Positions 46,279 through 61,660 of a stretch of 64,000 nucleotides of DNA are shown in pieces. Numbering within the stretch: position 1 is the first letter of the stretch; each line of letters begins with the position of its first letter. Both the position numbers and the translations under genes were made by a program. Under the pieces are notes generated by a model. It searched no databases. It saw only the letters and a list, made by a program, of their open reading frames with translations, and was not told where the DNA came from. Origin of the DNA: Eledone cirrhosa (taxonomy: Eukaryota); the NCBI GenBank assembly GCA_964016885.1, contig OZ024743.1, positions 220,224,001-220,288,000 on the forward strand, in the 5' to 3' direction.

Positions 46279-46567
46279 TATATATATTTCCCTGTTTCTC
46301 CTATATTTCTCATGCACACACAGACATACACACCTACTTCTCTCGATATGTCTAGATCCTAATTTCATTCCTCTTATTAAGGTCTTTCTCTAAATAGAAT
46401 CATTAGTTAATGCTTCACCATCCTTACGCAAACAAAATATAACTAAAACACAACGATGTCTGTATGGCGCAAGGGTTAGGGGTGAATCTTTTTATTTCTC
46501 CACCCCTTATTTTATATCTTGTAGTTTGTTTGTTAGTACCTTCATTATCATCATTACCTCCACCACC

Positions 46568-46568
<1 letters not shown>

Positions 46569-46631
<63 letters not shown>

Positions 46632-46670
46632 CAATAATAATAATAATAATATTTATTATTATTATTATTT
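46569..46670. repeat. (AAT)n/(ATT)n microsatellite
   Basis: Directly visible; a (GTT)n tract follows at ~46740-46820. Confidence 0.9.
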
Positions 46671-46764
46671 TTAGATCGGTGACACAAGCCTATCAACTTG
46701 TTTTACAGTTTGACAGTTTGTTTGTTTTCTGCCACTGTTTTGTTGTTGTTGTTTTTGTTGTTAC

Positions 46765-46821
<57 letters not shown>

Positions 46822-46943
46822 ATTATTGAAAGAGAACACTTTGGACGTGAAGAAATTTTGACATGCAGTGTCAGAGAATTAACTGAACAATACCGATTCC
46901 GCACAATTGCACAGACACCCGCGCTCACGCAGACCACCCCAAT

Positions 46944-46994
<51 letters not shown>

Positions 46995-46998
46995 ATAA

Positions 46999-47030
<32 letters not shown>

Positions 47031-47041
47031 GAATATATATT

Positions 47042-47134
<93 letters not shown>

Positions 47135-47183
47135 ATATATACAAATATATATATATATACATATACATTCATACATACATACA

Positions 47184-47267
<84 letters not shown>

Positions 47268-47303
47268 TATACATACATACTTATATATATATATGAATGT
47301 ATA

Positions 47304-47337
<34 letters not shown>

Positions 47338-47638
47338 GGCAGACATACACACGTACGTATTCTTAAAAAGATAGTTAAAAGCCCATGACAAAAGTAAGAA
47401 CCCTTGACAGGCAGGCCAAGAGTCTGCTCACTTTGCTCCTTTTGCCCTTTCTTTGTACGCTGAAAGTGGCGTTCACTTAGACAATTACACGCATTAGCAT
47501 ATACCAATATATATGTACATACACACATATAGAAATATATATGTATGCGTTTATATATATAAACAAACACACAAGTATATATATATATATATATATATAT
47601 ATACGAGTATATCTGTGTGTGTTTATCTGTGTATGTGT

Positions 47639-47710
<72 letters not shown>

Positions 47711-48208
47711 CATATATGTGTGTGTGAGAGTTGCGAGTGTGTGTGGGGTGTGAAAGAGTATGGGAGGAGATTGGCAGCTGTCAGTCTCGATAGAGCAGCG
47801 CCACCAAGAACGGCTGCGTTGCATTATGGTTCCTACAAATGACTGATCCCATTTAATTCTCATATGTCCTACAAGGTAGTGTAGAACAAATAACATTGTG
47901 TAATGAATTTTGGGGGGAGCCTGTGGAGCCATCTTCAAACCCAGTAGACGTAAAGCTGTTGCTACTATTAGGTCAACTAGGGCGCTGACTTTAGAGGGAT
48001 ACATTGGTGAACCTGAAAGTATCAGTTTTATACAAATTAGTGTAATTAAAATAAATATATTATACTTTCTTATCATCATATTAAACGCCTCGATTGCTTT
48101 TTTCTGATTAAGTGGTGATGTTGGTGATCAGCGACAACTTGTTACTCAATACACATGTGGAGGGAAATAGGTGGCCTAGATGGGGCCATTGATTTTGACA
48201 AAAATTTC

Positions 48209-48628
<420 letters not shown>

Positions 48629-48640
48629 TATATATATATA

Positions 48641-49022
48641 TTTAAAAAAAGGAAAAGAATGACTTCACTTGTAGTTCTAAACAATTTAATCTAATAATGT
48701 AATATTATAATTTTACAATTTGGTTTTGAAGATCTAGTAAATTCTTTGTTAACTTCGGTAGGGAGATTTAAAGAAATTACTGGTTAACTTTCTCGCATTC
48801 AGAAATTTTGACAATCGCCACCGACGAATGCGAGAAGGTTCTCCAGGAAAGTTAACTGGGAATTTTTAAAAATCTCCCCACTGAAGTTAACAAAGAACTT
48901 ACTAGATCAATAAAACCAAATTACAAAATTAAATTAAATTGTTTAGAAATACAAGTGAAGTCATTCTTTTCCTTTTTTTAAATATACCTAACTATACCAA
49001 GGATTTCACACATTTTCCGATA
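48641..49022. mobile_element. Fold-back mini-element with a decayed hammerhead-like core
   Basis: Imperfect inverted arms 48641-~48810 / ~48826-48982; CCGACGA...GAAAGTTAACT; unpaired tail. Confidence 0.6.
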
Positions 49023-49428
49023 TTATATATATATATACGTATATATATATATAAACGGAAAAAATGAAAAAATGAAACGTATACATACTTATATATATAG
49101 ATAAATCTACCAAAATATACGGTAGTGTCCAATCCGTATGAAGAACTCAATGTAATCCAAATATCATGAAAAGAGAAGTTGTATTCAAAATTTTTTCGAT
49201 GAAAAACACAGGAAAACAGAGTCAAGATAAATTAATAAAAACAAGCCTGAAGAGAAGCATATATATGTGTAAGTATGTATATTCCCTCTGATAGTTTGTA
49301 AAACTTTTACATAGATCTATATGATATACATGCCAACACACACATATATATCCTAGAAACGATCGTAAAATGATCAATTTTTTAATATAAGGAACTGTTT
49401 CTTTGTTTTTATTCATTGTTTTTATTAA

Positions 49429-49484
<56 letters not shown>

Positions 49485-49536
49485 CATTCATTAGCTTGCC
49501 CGCAACCAGAGTTTCAATTATGCTGTACTACCTTCT

Positions 49537-49605
<69 letters not shown>

Positions 49606-49608
49606 TAG

Positions 49609-49662
<54 letters not shown>

Positions 49663-49681
49663 GTATATATATATATATATT

Positions 49682-49732
<51 letters not shown>

Positions 49733-49735
49733 CTA

Positions 49736-49809
<74 letters not shown>

Positions 49810-49811
49810 TA

Positions 49812-49844
<33 letters not shown>

Positions 49845-49866
49845 CTATATATTATATATATATATC

Positions 49867-49920
<54 letters not shown>

Positions 49921-49922
49921 TA

Positions 49923-49980
<58 letters not shown>

Positions 49981-49983
49981 TAG

Positions 49984-50067
<84 letters not shown>

Positions 50068-50081
50068 ATATATATATATAC

Positions 50082-50160
<79 letters not shown>

Positions 50161-50163
<3 letters not shown>

Positions 50164-50360
50164 CGAAGGAAATGTGGTAAGGAACCGGGTGGACCATAAC
50201 GCACCAAAGTACTCAATACTTAGGGTAGTGAAGTGGGTAATAGGAACAAGTAAGACCCCGACGGCTGAGCTCAAGCCGTTTCGACGGCTAATTCTGTCCA
50301 GTTCTGGACAGAATTAACCGTCGAAACGTCTTGAGCTCAGCCGTCGGGGTCTTACTTGTT

Positions 50361-50365
<5 letters not shown>
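50161..50365 (-). mobile_element. Fold-back mini-element, family H1
   Basis: Tail 50161-50238, palindrome 50240-50365, embedded in (TA)n. Confidence 0.75.
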
Positions 50366-50414
<49 letters not shown>

Positions 50415-50499
50415 CTTGGGGAGGGTCATATTGTTGTAATAATAATATTGCCAGAAATAATAACAGAACACACTCACTGTTTGGTTGGTTTTCGCTTCT

Positions 50500-50662
50500 G
50501 TATCGATTTAATCGACTTTCTCCTCCCCCAAAATTGATGTCCTTGTGCCTATATAAGAAATCATTATTTATGGCCTTTCATCCTTACGGGGTCGATAAAA
50601 TAAAGTACCAGTAATACACTGGGTTATTGTGGGCCTTGTGCCAAAAGTAGAAACAATTATTT
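50500..50662 (+). mobile_element. Two tandem SINE 3' fragments (35581 family)
   Basis: CCTTGTGCCTATATAAGAAATCATT followed by GCCTTTCATCCTTACGGGGTCGATAAAA...CCTTGTGCCAAAAGTAGAAACAATT. Confidence 0.7.
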
Positions 50663-50735
50663 ATGGCAACTTTTCAAAGACTGACACAGACAGACCCTCT
50701 CACATACACCCACACAAACAAACCCTCAAATAACA

Positions 50736-50927
50736 CAAGGATCGGATGAAAAGTTCATAGACTAAGTATGACGGAGTGAGGCTAGATTTGTGAAATCTTG
50801 CATGCATTAATATCAACCCTCCTTATTAATAATTGCATTGTTTCTCAGGGACTATGTTGAAAAATAAAACTCATTTGGTCTTTCAATGAGAGTACCTTGG
50901 TCAGCCTATGAACTTTTCAGCCGACTC

Positions 50928-50929
<2 letters not shown>
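50736..50929. mobile_element. Mariner-like MITE
   Basis: TIRs GGATCGGATGAAAAGTTCATAGACT / AGCCTATGAACTTTTCAGCCGACTCC. Confidence 0.7.
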
Positions 50930-50974
<45 letters not shown>

Positions 50975-51158
50975 TAAAGTTAGTCCTTCATCAGTGATCT
51001 TCCAACCATCATTGGTATTTCATCGCTTTAAAGACCATATACCTCCGGTTGGTGCGAGCAACGGCTAAAGAAAGTCGTTGGGACACGTAAATAAGGGGAA
51101 CGAGCGAGAGTGTAAACAAACAAAGATGGTAAAGCAACGAAAAGTGAGGAAGAAAGAG

Positions 51159-51260
<102 letters not shown>

Positions 51261-51274
51261 TATATATATATATA

Positions 51275-51350
<76 letters not shown>

Positions 51351-51355
<5 letters not shown>

Positions 51356-51551
51356 AAAATGTTCAAGACCCCGACGGCAGAGCTCAAGCCGTTTTGACGG
51401 CTATTTCTGGAGTCCTGAAATAGCCGTTGAAACGGCTTGAGCTCTGCCGTCGGGGACTTGAACATTTTCCTATCACCCACTCTACTACCCTAAGCATTGA
51501 GTAGTCTGGTACGTTATGGTCCATCTGGTTCCTTACCACACTTCCTTCGTT
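51351..51551 (+). mobile_element. Fold-back mini-element, family H1
   Basis: Palindrome 51351-51473 plus tail ending CCACACTTCCTTCGT(TA)n. Confidence 0.75.
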
Positions 51552-51564
51552 ATATATATATATA

Positions 51565-51925
51565 CTAGCAGAATGGCCCGGCGTTGCTTGAGATTTGCTC
51601 TGGGTTTCTTATATATTTGATATATATTTATCTTTATCGAACCTCGTGAAATAAATACGTTTGTTTATATTTTGTTATTGTGTATGCAAAAATATCTGTA
51701 CACGAATATATAATTATATATATATATTAAAATAACAGATTAAAGTTTAAGCAAAGAATCGCTGCTTTCACCCTTAACGGGAACTTCTGAAACTAAAAAA
51801 ATCAATCTATGAACGCAGAAGTAAATATTTCGAAAAACGTTAAGCACTATACACACACACACACACACACACACACATAGCGTCATAATGTCGTATAGAC
51901 ACGCCAGACACACAGACAGATATTA
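51565..51925 (-). mobile_element. Helitron-like remnant
   Basis: CTAGCAGAATGGCCCGGCGTTGC (minus-strand 3' end) and internal blocks shared with 31100-31360. Confidence 0.55.
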
Positions 51926-51929
51926 AAAT

Positions 51930-51973
<44 letters not shown>

Positions 51974-52559
51974 ATAACAAAAAGAATTTGAGGCATGCAT
52001 AGATACTAGGTTAAACATCCATGTGCAAGCATATATACTCCTATATAAGTGTGTGAGTATTCATAAACATATATCGAAACTTATCCATATAAATGTGGGG
52101 GCGTATACATACATACACACACATTCACACACATATATGCATACATACATACATACATAAATACATACATACATACATTCATACATACATATACATGCAC
52201 AAATATATATATATATACCTCCGTACGTACATACAAACATACATACATACACATACACACATTTATACCTACGTACATACACACGTACGTACATACACAC
52301 ACACACACATACATACATACATACACACATACGTAGATACACACACATATATATATATATATATATACTTCCGTACATAAATACATAAACATATATCCAA
52401 ACAAACCCACAGGTAATGACCAGGTGTTAGCAATAAATCGGTTTAGCCTATCACTGTGACCATGCTAAGCCTATAAACGACACGTAATGAGCCGGTCTCT
52501 GATACTATGTTTGACTGATATCAATGGGTGGTGGTCTACCTATATAAGCAAAATAAATA

Positions 52560-53220
52560 CATGATTTTATTGAACTTCCGTCGGTTCCGACGACGAGTGT
52601 TCTAGTTAATCGAAGAACGGAACTACCTGCTTGTGAAATTAACAAGCAAGTGCATGAGCATTCCAAATACACTTGTCCCTTTAATGTAGTTCTCAGGGAG
52701 AGTCAATGTGACGCCTTGTATAATAAGGCTGGTCATTTGAATTACTTACAACTCATTTTTGCCAGTTGAGTGGATTGGAGTAAGGTGAGATATAAAGTAA
52801 CTTGCTCAACGACACAACGTACCGCTAGGCATCGAATTCATGAGTTTACGATCGTGAGCCGAACACTCTAACAATCCACGCACCTTCACTGAAATAAGTA
52901 GATGACTAAAATAAAATGATGGCTTCTGTTGTGTTGATCGGTTGAATGTCGTTGTAAGTGTTTAAATATTCCACTGATACGTGTTTCCTTGTTGTAATTC
53001 CCAAGCAGAAACAGTGTAACACAATGTGTGACAAAGCTACATATTTTAAACACAGATACATACATACTGCAGTCTTCCAGATAATTTCTGTCTACCTAAT
53101 TTCTCTCACAAGGCTTGGGTTGAACCGAGACTATGGTAAAAAAACTTGCTCAAGATGCCACGCTGTAGTATCGAAACTGGAACCACATGATTGCCAAGTG
53201 AACTTCTTAACCATTCAGAT
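52560..53220 (-). mobile_element. Decayed tRNA-derived SINEs
   Basis: Similar to 40170-40460 and 28560-28850, with A/B-box remnants. Confidence 0.5.
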
Positions 53221-53350
53221 ATAGTTATAGAACTTTAATTCCCGGTGGAGTCGAAACGGTACCGTCGTGGGTTGGGTATTTAAACCTTGTAGAGCCCATT
53301 CCACTGAATCCCTGAACACAGGCGATTTCTTATGGGGAATGAGAGGGAGA

Positions 53351-53417
<67 letters not shown>

Positions 53418-53685
53418 GGGGGAGAGATAAGAATCGACCAAAGTATTGGACTGGATGAAAGGCAAAGTATGTATGTATGTATGTTTGCTAGACCTTGATT
53501 AGATATGTTCTGGCTCGTTAATTTATTAACCTGCCATTGAACCACATTGGCATATGGTTGGACAATACATGTGTCCCTATACGCTTTTTGCATGTAGGGA
53601 TATATACTTTATTATATATATATGTATATATGTATGAGTATATGTCTGTGTCTATGTGTATGTATATATATATGTATATATATAT

Positions 53686-54295
53686 GTCAGGTCACCAGTT
53701 GGTGCTACTGGTAACATGTATCCTAGTACAACCTGTCTCATGGTCGGGTCGTTGGCGACTAAACTTGCAACCCCACCAACGTTTCTTGGTGAGGAGGGTG
53801 ACTTTGGACACCCTGCTGGACTAAAAACAAAACCTGTCAAAGGGAAAAGGAGCTCTTAAGAGTCAATGGCCATCCAAAATCACCGGGAGAGATGATCCCT
53901 TAGCTTTTGTCAAGGCAGAATTCTAGGAGAAGGAAAACTCTGATATAACACCTGCAACCCTGATGGTATCCAATGATGTTCACTTGTTCTTCTTTTTGGT
54001 AAATATCATCTTGGTTAAGAGAGTGGGACTGGCTTTGTGCAGTCCCTTTGCTCACTATAAAAGCTTCACAGCACAGGCATTGCTTTATATCTGGAGATCT
54101 CTCTGCACTTGTCGTCACATGGTACCATGGGCCAAGCACTATGTGTCAATAATTGTCACAAGTGTAGTGTTTGTACCAGAGTTTTCAAGTCGCTGGCTGG
54201 ACTAAAACGTCACACTCGTTCAGCGCATCGGTAGGGGTTCTCCTACATGGATATAAAGTAGTGGCCGTACTCGAAAACGAGTTGGCAGCCATCAT
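53686..54295 (+). mobile_element. Non-autonomous RTE-like family 1
   Basis: Matches 23389-23998; (ATGT)n tail. Confidence 0.75.
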
Positions 54296-54361
54296 GTATG
54301 TATGTATGTATGTATGTATGTATGTATGTATGTATGTATGTATGTATGTATGTATGTGCGT

Positions 54362-54517
<156 letters not shown>

Positions 54518-54530
54518 GTGTGCGTGCGTG

Positions 54531-54561
<31 letters not shown>

Positions 54562-54574
54562 ACCTATGTATCTA

Positions 54575-56020
54575 TGCTTAGTGCAGAATGCAACATAGAC
54601 CATAAGATGGTTAGAAGGAAGTTTAAGTTACGTGTTCGGAAAAAGACTCGTATTTGTGAGATCAAAACACTGAAGCGTATTGATGTTGGACATTTAAAAT
54701 AGCCAAAGGTTTGTATAATATTGACTTTGATGGAACGTGGATAAACTTCAGGAATCAATTGTATACAGCAGGAGCAGAAGAACTCGAATTCAAGGCGAAA
54801 AAACAGCATTAAGACTGGTTTGATGTTAATCTGGTTATCAGCGAACTATTAAAGAAAAAGACATGCTCTTCATGAAAAGTTTTTGGGAGACTGCCTTACG
54901 AATTTAACTGCTATTAAAAAGACATACAAAAAATATAAAGCCACCTTACATCGCGAGCTGAGAAGGCTTAAAAATAAATGGTGGTTGAATATCTCTGAAG
55001 ACATGCAAAGTGCTTATAATGCAAAGGATTCAAAACTGTTTTCTAGTCTTTTGCGCATAGTATATGGTTCAACAACTTCGTCTAGTGTTCCCATAAGATC
55101 CAAAGACGACACTGCCATCATCAAGGAATCAGAGAAAACCCTTAAGCGTTGGCAAGAACATTTCAATGATTTATTTGATAATCCATCATTAGTTTATCAT
55201 GATGTGCTAGATGGCATCCCCCAATTTTAAATTTTAAAATGAATCGATTACCAGATTATCATGAAATTAAAATGACCATCAACCAGGTACCTGGATCAGA
55301 TAGATTTCCTGTGGAAGTGATAAAGGTTGATAATAAGAACATAACACAAACAATATTCCATCTCATCACAGAGTGCTGGGCTGGCGCTCCTATACCACAA
55401 TATTGTATAGATGGTATCTTGGTAACCTTGTTTAAAGGTAAAAGGGATAAAGGAATTTTCGATCACTTCCGGGGCATCACTCTGTTGGAATCTGTGGACA
55501 AAGTTCTTGCTAGATTATTATTGAACAGGTTGCTGGAAGAAATTTGCCCCACAGTCAAGCCTGAATCACAAAGTTGATTTAGATCTGGCAAATATTAAAA
55601 TAGAGAACTCCTGTATGCAGACGATTTTGAATTTCTGGCTCACTCTCAAGATGATATGCAACACATCATGGATTGTTTTGCAGCTTTTTGTGATGTTTTA
55701 GGTATGAATACTAATCTGAAAAGGACTAAGGTAATGTTCATCCCATCACCAGGGGAAGCATATATTGAGTTAAATATAATTGTGTATGGAACTAGGTTGG
55801 GTGTAGTTGACACTTTTGTTTACCTGGGTAGTGCAGTGTTGAGTGATGGTTCACTGGATGCAGAAATATACCCGTGCATTCAGTAACCTTCAGAAAATTT
55901 GAAAAGAGAGTGTGGGCAGATCATGGCATAAATATCAATTTGAGTGCTCTGTTGTATTCTTCGAAAACGGGGACAGTACATCGTAGACACCTTAATTTGC
56001 TTGAACCCTTTAATCAATAG
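54575..56020 (+). pseudogene. Decayed RTE/BovB-type LINE ORF (end of APE, linker, RT)
   Basis: DHKMVR, KWWLNISEDMQ, RWQEHF, FRGITLL, PESQ, ELLYADD, FVYLGS, with stops, frameshifts and deletions. Confidence 0.85.
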
Positions 56021-56294
56021 ATATTGTCATTGTTTTTATTGCTCGAAGATAGCTACACAGGTAGATAGTCATGAATAGTTGTTGTTAAGCTACTGACCAG
56101 GAGGAAATATCTTGTCAACCCTGTGTGTGAGTGAGGCTGGAAAGCAGTTATCAAAACACACACATGCTTGAGAAAAATGTTGTCACTTGATCATGCCTTT
56201 TATTACAGTAGATATATACATTTACGCATGTATGTATGTATGTATGTATGTATGTATGTATGTATGTATGTATGTATGTATGTATGTATGTATG

Positions 56295-56325
<31 letters not shown>

Positions 56326-56342
56326 ATATGTATGTATGTTGT

Positions 56343-56952
56343 GTCAGGTCACCAGTTGGTGCTACTGGTAACATGTATCCCAGTACAACCTGTCTCATGG
56401 TCGGGTCGTTGGCGACTAAACTGGCAACCCCACCAAGGTTTCTTGGTGAGGAGGGTGACTTTGGACATCCTGCAGGACTAAAAACAAAACCTGTCAAAGG
56501 GCAAAGGAGCTCTTAAGAGTCAATGGCCATCCAAAATCACCGAGAGAGATGACCCCTTAGCCTTTGTCAAGGCAGAATTCTAGGAGAAGGAAAACTCTGA
56601 TATAACACCTGCAACCCTGATGGTATCCAATGATGTTCACTTGTTCTTCTTTTTGGTAAATATCATCTTGGTTAAGAGAGTGGGACTGGCTTTGTGCAGT
56701 GCCTTTGCTCACTATAAAAGCTTCACGGCACAGGCATTGCTTTATATCTGGAGATCTCTCTGCACTTGTCGTCACATGGTACCATGGGCTTAGCACTATG
56801 TGTCAATAATTGTCACAGATGTAGTGTTTGTACCAGAGTTTTCAAGTCGCTGGCTGGACTAAAAAGTCACACTCGTTCAGCGCATCGGTAGGGGTTCTCC
56901 TACATGGATATAAAGTAGTGGCCGTACTCGAAAACGAGTTGGCAGCCACCAT
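56343..56952 (+). mobile_element. Non-autonomous RTE-like family 1
   Basis: Matches 23389-23998. Confidence 0.75.
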
Positions 56953-56976
56953 GTATGTATGTATGTATGTATGTAT

Positions 56977-57476
56977 GGTCAGCTCGCTCTCGAGTGCTAC
57001 TGGTAACACGTAACCCAGTACAACTTGTCTCTTGGTCGTCGGCAACCCCACCAAGCTAACTTGGTGAGGAGGGTGATATTTGGACACCCTGGGGGATGAA
57101 ATACAGACCCGGAAAAGGGCGGAGGAACTCAGCAGAGTCAACGGCCATCCAAACAGGATATATATATATTTTCACCTGGGAGTAAAAGGCCCCCAGTTCT
57201 TGTCACGACACCTTTCTAGGAGAGGGAAACTCTGAAAAAATTCTGCGGCTTCGAAAGCATCCGATGATGTTGACCAGTTCTCCTTTTCGGGTAGTATTTT
57301 CGATGCTCAGAGAGTGAGTTTAGTCGAGTGCAAGGCATTTACCCACTTAACAAAGCACAGGCATTGCTTGTTCAGGATATGTTACAGGTTCGGGTGATTG
57401 GCCGTAGACTAAAAGTGCACCAAACTATAATTTGACAAGCGATCGCAATACTCTAGGCAGAGTTTGCAGCCATCAT
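56977..57476 (+). mobile_element. Related non-autonomous RTE-like element, family 2
   Basis: Shares GTGCTACTGGTAAC, GGCAACCCCACCAAG, TCTAGGAGAGGGAAACTCTGA and GCAGCCATCAT(GTAT)n. Confidence 0.65.
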
Positions 57477-57580
57477 GTATGTATGTATGTATGTATGTAT
57501 GTATGTATGTATGTATGTATGTATGTATGTATGTATGTATGTATGTATGTGTATATGCATGGGTGCATGTGCATGTATAT

Positions 57581-57933
57581 GCGCGGGGACATAGAAATAG
57601 TCGGGCTGGACACCCAATCGCGCGGTTAAACCACTGGGAGTGAAGAACCCCTAGCCCATGTCAGGGCATTCTTCTAGGAGAAGGCAACTCAGGAAACTGG
57701 GATAACTCCGACATAAAACCTGCGGCTCAGTAGTTACCGATGATGTTGATCTTTTCTTCTTTTCGGGTTATAGCTACTGTCGCTCAGAGAGTGGGATTGG
57801 CTCAGTGCACAGTCTTTCCTCACTTTAAAAAATATCTTCATGCACAGGCATTGCACGATAGAATTAATTAATAATTATTAATAATGTTATATCGTGCAAT
57901 GGCCATACTCGATAACGAGGGGGCAGCCATCAT
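57581..57933 (+). mobile_element. Related non-autonomous RTE-like element, family 3
   Basis: TCTAGGAGAAGGCAACTC, GATGATGTTGA, GAGAGTGGGATTGGCT and 3' CTCGATAACGAG..GCAGCCATCAT. Confidence 0.65.
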
Positions 57934-58516
57934 GTATGTATGCGGGGTGGGATGTGGGGTGAGTGGGGTGTGGAAATGCTTAGTTTGGTACCCGAGCGCG
58001 TAGTTAGTCCACCCGGAGTGAGAGACCTCTAGTTCTTGTTGGCTACTTGTCACTGTTGTTCAGAGGTTGGGATTGGTCCATTCTAAGGGCTTGGTTCAAT
58101 TATAAAAGCCTTGGTATCACATGTAGCACAGGTATCTAAATGATTTTTATGTTTGTTGCGCCAGCATAGCCTTTTATTTTTCCTTTCGCTGTAGCATATG
58201 CTGAAAGGAATTTAAGTCCTAGGCAGGGTTAAAAATTCTGGTTCATGCCACGCATGTATGAAAAAAAAGGTCAAGGCATGGAAATTCTCGAAACCGAGAG
58301 GCAACCATTATGTAAGTATCTATCTGCTTATCTACCTACCTATATATCTACACACACACACACACGCACACACGCACATGCACACACACGCACCTACACA
58401 CACAAACAAACAAACAAACAAACACACACACACACATACGCATATATATATATATATGAATATATATCGCGAGAGAGAGAGGGCAAGAGAGAAAGAGAGA
58501 GAGAGAGAGCGAGCGT

Positions 58517-58577
<61 letters not shown>

Positions 58578-58991
58578 TGGAAGAGACAGACAGACAGAAA
58601 GAGAGAGAAAGAAAGAGAATGAGAGAGAGAGAGAAAGCGAAATAGATAGCTGGAGAAAGAGAGAGAGAAAGAGAGAGGGAGAGAGAGGGAGAGAGAGTGA
58701 GGGGGAGAGGCGGTATATTTACGGATGAGAATGCCTATCATAAAAGTTCATTCCAACTAAAACACACCTTAGTCCAATACACTGGAATCTAAAGTACTCC
58801 AATTCCTGTCAACCCACCAGAGATTGATTCGTCACTTTTCATAATCGACAGATCAATAATGTTGACAACCCATCCATTGACAGATGCACTTCATCAATAA
58901 AAAAGAAATCAAACAGGATCAGTTTTATATAAATATATACACACACATACATACAGAGATACATACATATGTATGTATATGCATATATATA

Positions 58992-59038
<47 letters not shown>

Positions 59039-59039
59039 A

Positions 59040-59135
<96 letters not shown>

Positions 59136-60151
59136 GGAGTTGAGTTTTATTGTAGTACAATAAAGCAATGCAGATATCGGATAAGAAGCACTCTACAGTT
59201 TGTAGGACTGAAGTATACATAATATATAAGATCAAAAGATGGTTAAATGAGTTCCATGTATTTTATTATGCGCATTTCAAAAACAAATATCATCATGCAA
59301 TAACATTTGTGTTTTCATGAGATAAAATAGGAGGACATGATATGAAGGTTAAAAACACTTGTGGATAGTGCAGTTTTAAATCAACATATGAAAAGTAGTT
59401 TTAGATTGATGTGTCATATTGGGGAAAAAAAAAAAATGTTTTTTTTAGGGGGGGGGGGGGGTGAAAAAGAGGAGGAGATGAGAGTAAAAAGTGGAGGGGG
59501 AGGAGTATAATGAGGAAGGATGAGATAGGAGGAGAGATGGCTGATAGAGAGAGAGAGATAGCTTTTATAACTGAGAAAAATATATTGTTTTACATAGAGA
59601 GGTTGAAAAACCGTTGGAAGATAATGTATAAATTAAAAGAATTTGAAAATTAACGAAGAGAAAAATAATGTAAAGTTAAGGTTTGTATATTGAAGGGTTT
59701 AATAATATGTGCGATGAAAAGAAATTGTTAATATGTATTAAGAATAATATTTAAGGGTTTAATAATATGTGCGATGGAAAGAAAATATTGATATGTATTA
59801 TTAAAAAAAACAGAAGTAATGTAAGTAAGGATATATTGTGAGATGAGCATGAATAAGTTAGATGAAAGTGAGAAAAAAAGAATGAATAGAGGATGAATAA
59901 TCTAACGTCAAAAAAAATGTTTATGTTTACGAAGGATTTTTTCAAGGTGATATAAAGTAAGAATATAGTGTATCGTGTAATAATTGTTTCTATGTTAGGC
60001 ACAGTGAGAAAAGGTACAGATTAGGGGTTAGAAATTAAAAGAAAAAGAAAAGAAAAGGAAAAGGAAGAAAGGGAAGTGATGAATAGGAATGATATAGAAT
60101 ATGATAAATAACTTTGAAATAAGGTAGAAAGATGGGTATATTTTTAAAGAA

Positions 60152-60212
<61 letters not shown>

Positions 60213-60574
60213 TTTGAGAAAAAGATTCTGAATTGATAAAGTTTAGGATATTAGCTGTATACTTTATGGAAAGTTCTGTGGAATTTATGCAAGCAGATAG
60301 AAAACAAGTCAGTGCGTCTATTTATTATAGAATCTAAATTAGGTATAATGGTAAATTTTTCATTCAGACAGAGATTGCAAGTCTTGGATAGAGAACTGTT
60401 CAAGTATAAAGAAGCAGAGGAAACCTTTTTCCAAGAGATGTTATATTTAATATTTTCGTCTTTCAAGGACCATGTGAGTTCTGAGAGAGCCGTGTTGGTT
60501 CTTTTAAGTTTATATTTAAAAGACGAATGATGATTATAAAGACGAGCTTTAAAGGAGGTGGAAGTGGAGCCAAT

Positions 60575-61072
60575 AACTTCTCCAATCCAAATCCTTCTAT
60601 AGATAACACTAGGTCACTCGTTAATAATCTCTATAATCGCAATTGCAATTGCCCTGCTAAAAATAAATGTCCTCTCAACAACCATTGTCTTGATAAAAAC
60701 TTAATTTACGAATGTAAAGTTATAACTGACACCAATTCCTTCACCTATTTTGGCTCTACTTCCACCTCCTTTAAAGCCCGTCTTTATAATCATCATTCGT
60801 CTTTTAAATATAAACTTAAAAGAACCAACACGGCTCTCTCAGAACTCACATGGTCCTTGAAAGACAAAAATATTAAATATAACATCTCTTGGAAAAAGGT
60901 TTCCTCTGCTTCTTTATACTTGAACAGTTCTCTATCCAAGACTTGCAATCTCTGTCTGAATGAAAAATTTACCATTATATCTAATTTAGATTCTATAATA
61001 AATAGACGCACTGACTTGTTTTCTATCTGCTTGCATAAATTCCACAGAACTTTCCATAAAGTATACAGCTAA
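60575..61072 (+). pseudogene. C-terminal GIY-YIG endonuclease of a Penelope-like element (RT lost by 5' truncation)
   Basis: CNCPAKNKC (CxCx5C), LIY...YFG.T..FKARLYNH, TALS, CNLCLNEK, INRR, CLH. Confidence 0.85.
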
Positions 61073-61491
61073 TATCCTAAACTTTATCAATTCAGAATCC
61101 TTTTCTCAAAGGCACATATATATATATATATATATATACTTCTTTAAAAATATACCCATCTTTCTACCTTATTTCAAAGTTATTTATCATATTCTATATC
61201 ATTCCTATTCATCACTTCCCTTTCTTCCTTTTCCTTTTCTTTTCTTTTTCTTTTAATTTCTAACCCCTAATCTGTACCTTTTCTCACTGTGCCTAACATA
61301 GAAACAATTATTACACAATACACTATATTCTTACTTTATATCACACCTTGAAAAAATCCTTCGTAAACATAAACATTTTTTTTTACGTTAGATTATTCAT
61401 CCTCTATTCATTATTTTTTTCTCACTTTCATCTAACTTATTTATGCTCATCTCACAATATATCCTTACTTACATTACTTCTGTTTTTTTAA

Positions 61492-61660
61492 TAATACATA
61501 TCAACATTTTCTTTCCATCGCACATATTATTAAACCCTTAAAATTATTCTTAATACATATTAACATTTTCTTTCCATCGCACATATTATTAAACCCTTAA
61601 ATATTATTCTTAATACATATTAACAATTTCTTTTCATCGCACATATTATTAAACCCTTCA
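61492..61660. repeat. ~59-bp tandem repeat in the PLE 3' UTR (3 copies; 2 in the inverted arm)
   Basis: TAATACATATTAACATTTTCTTTCCATCGCACATATTATTAAACCCTT unit. Confidence 0.8.

Noticed and set aside
60527-60574. N-terminus of the 181-aa ORF as a real start
   Set aside because: It derives from the inverted arm, so the ORF is a chimeric 5'-truncated remnant.
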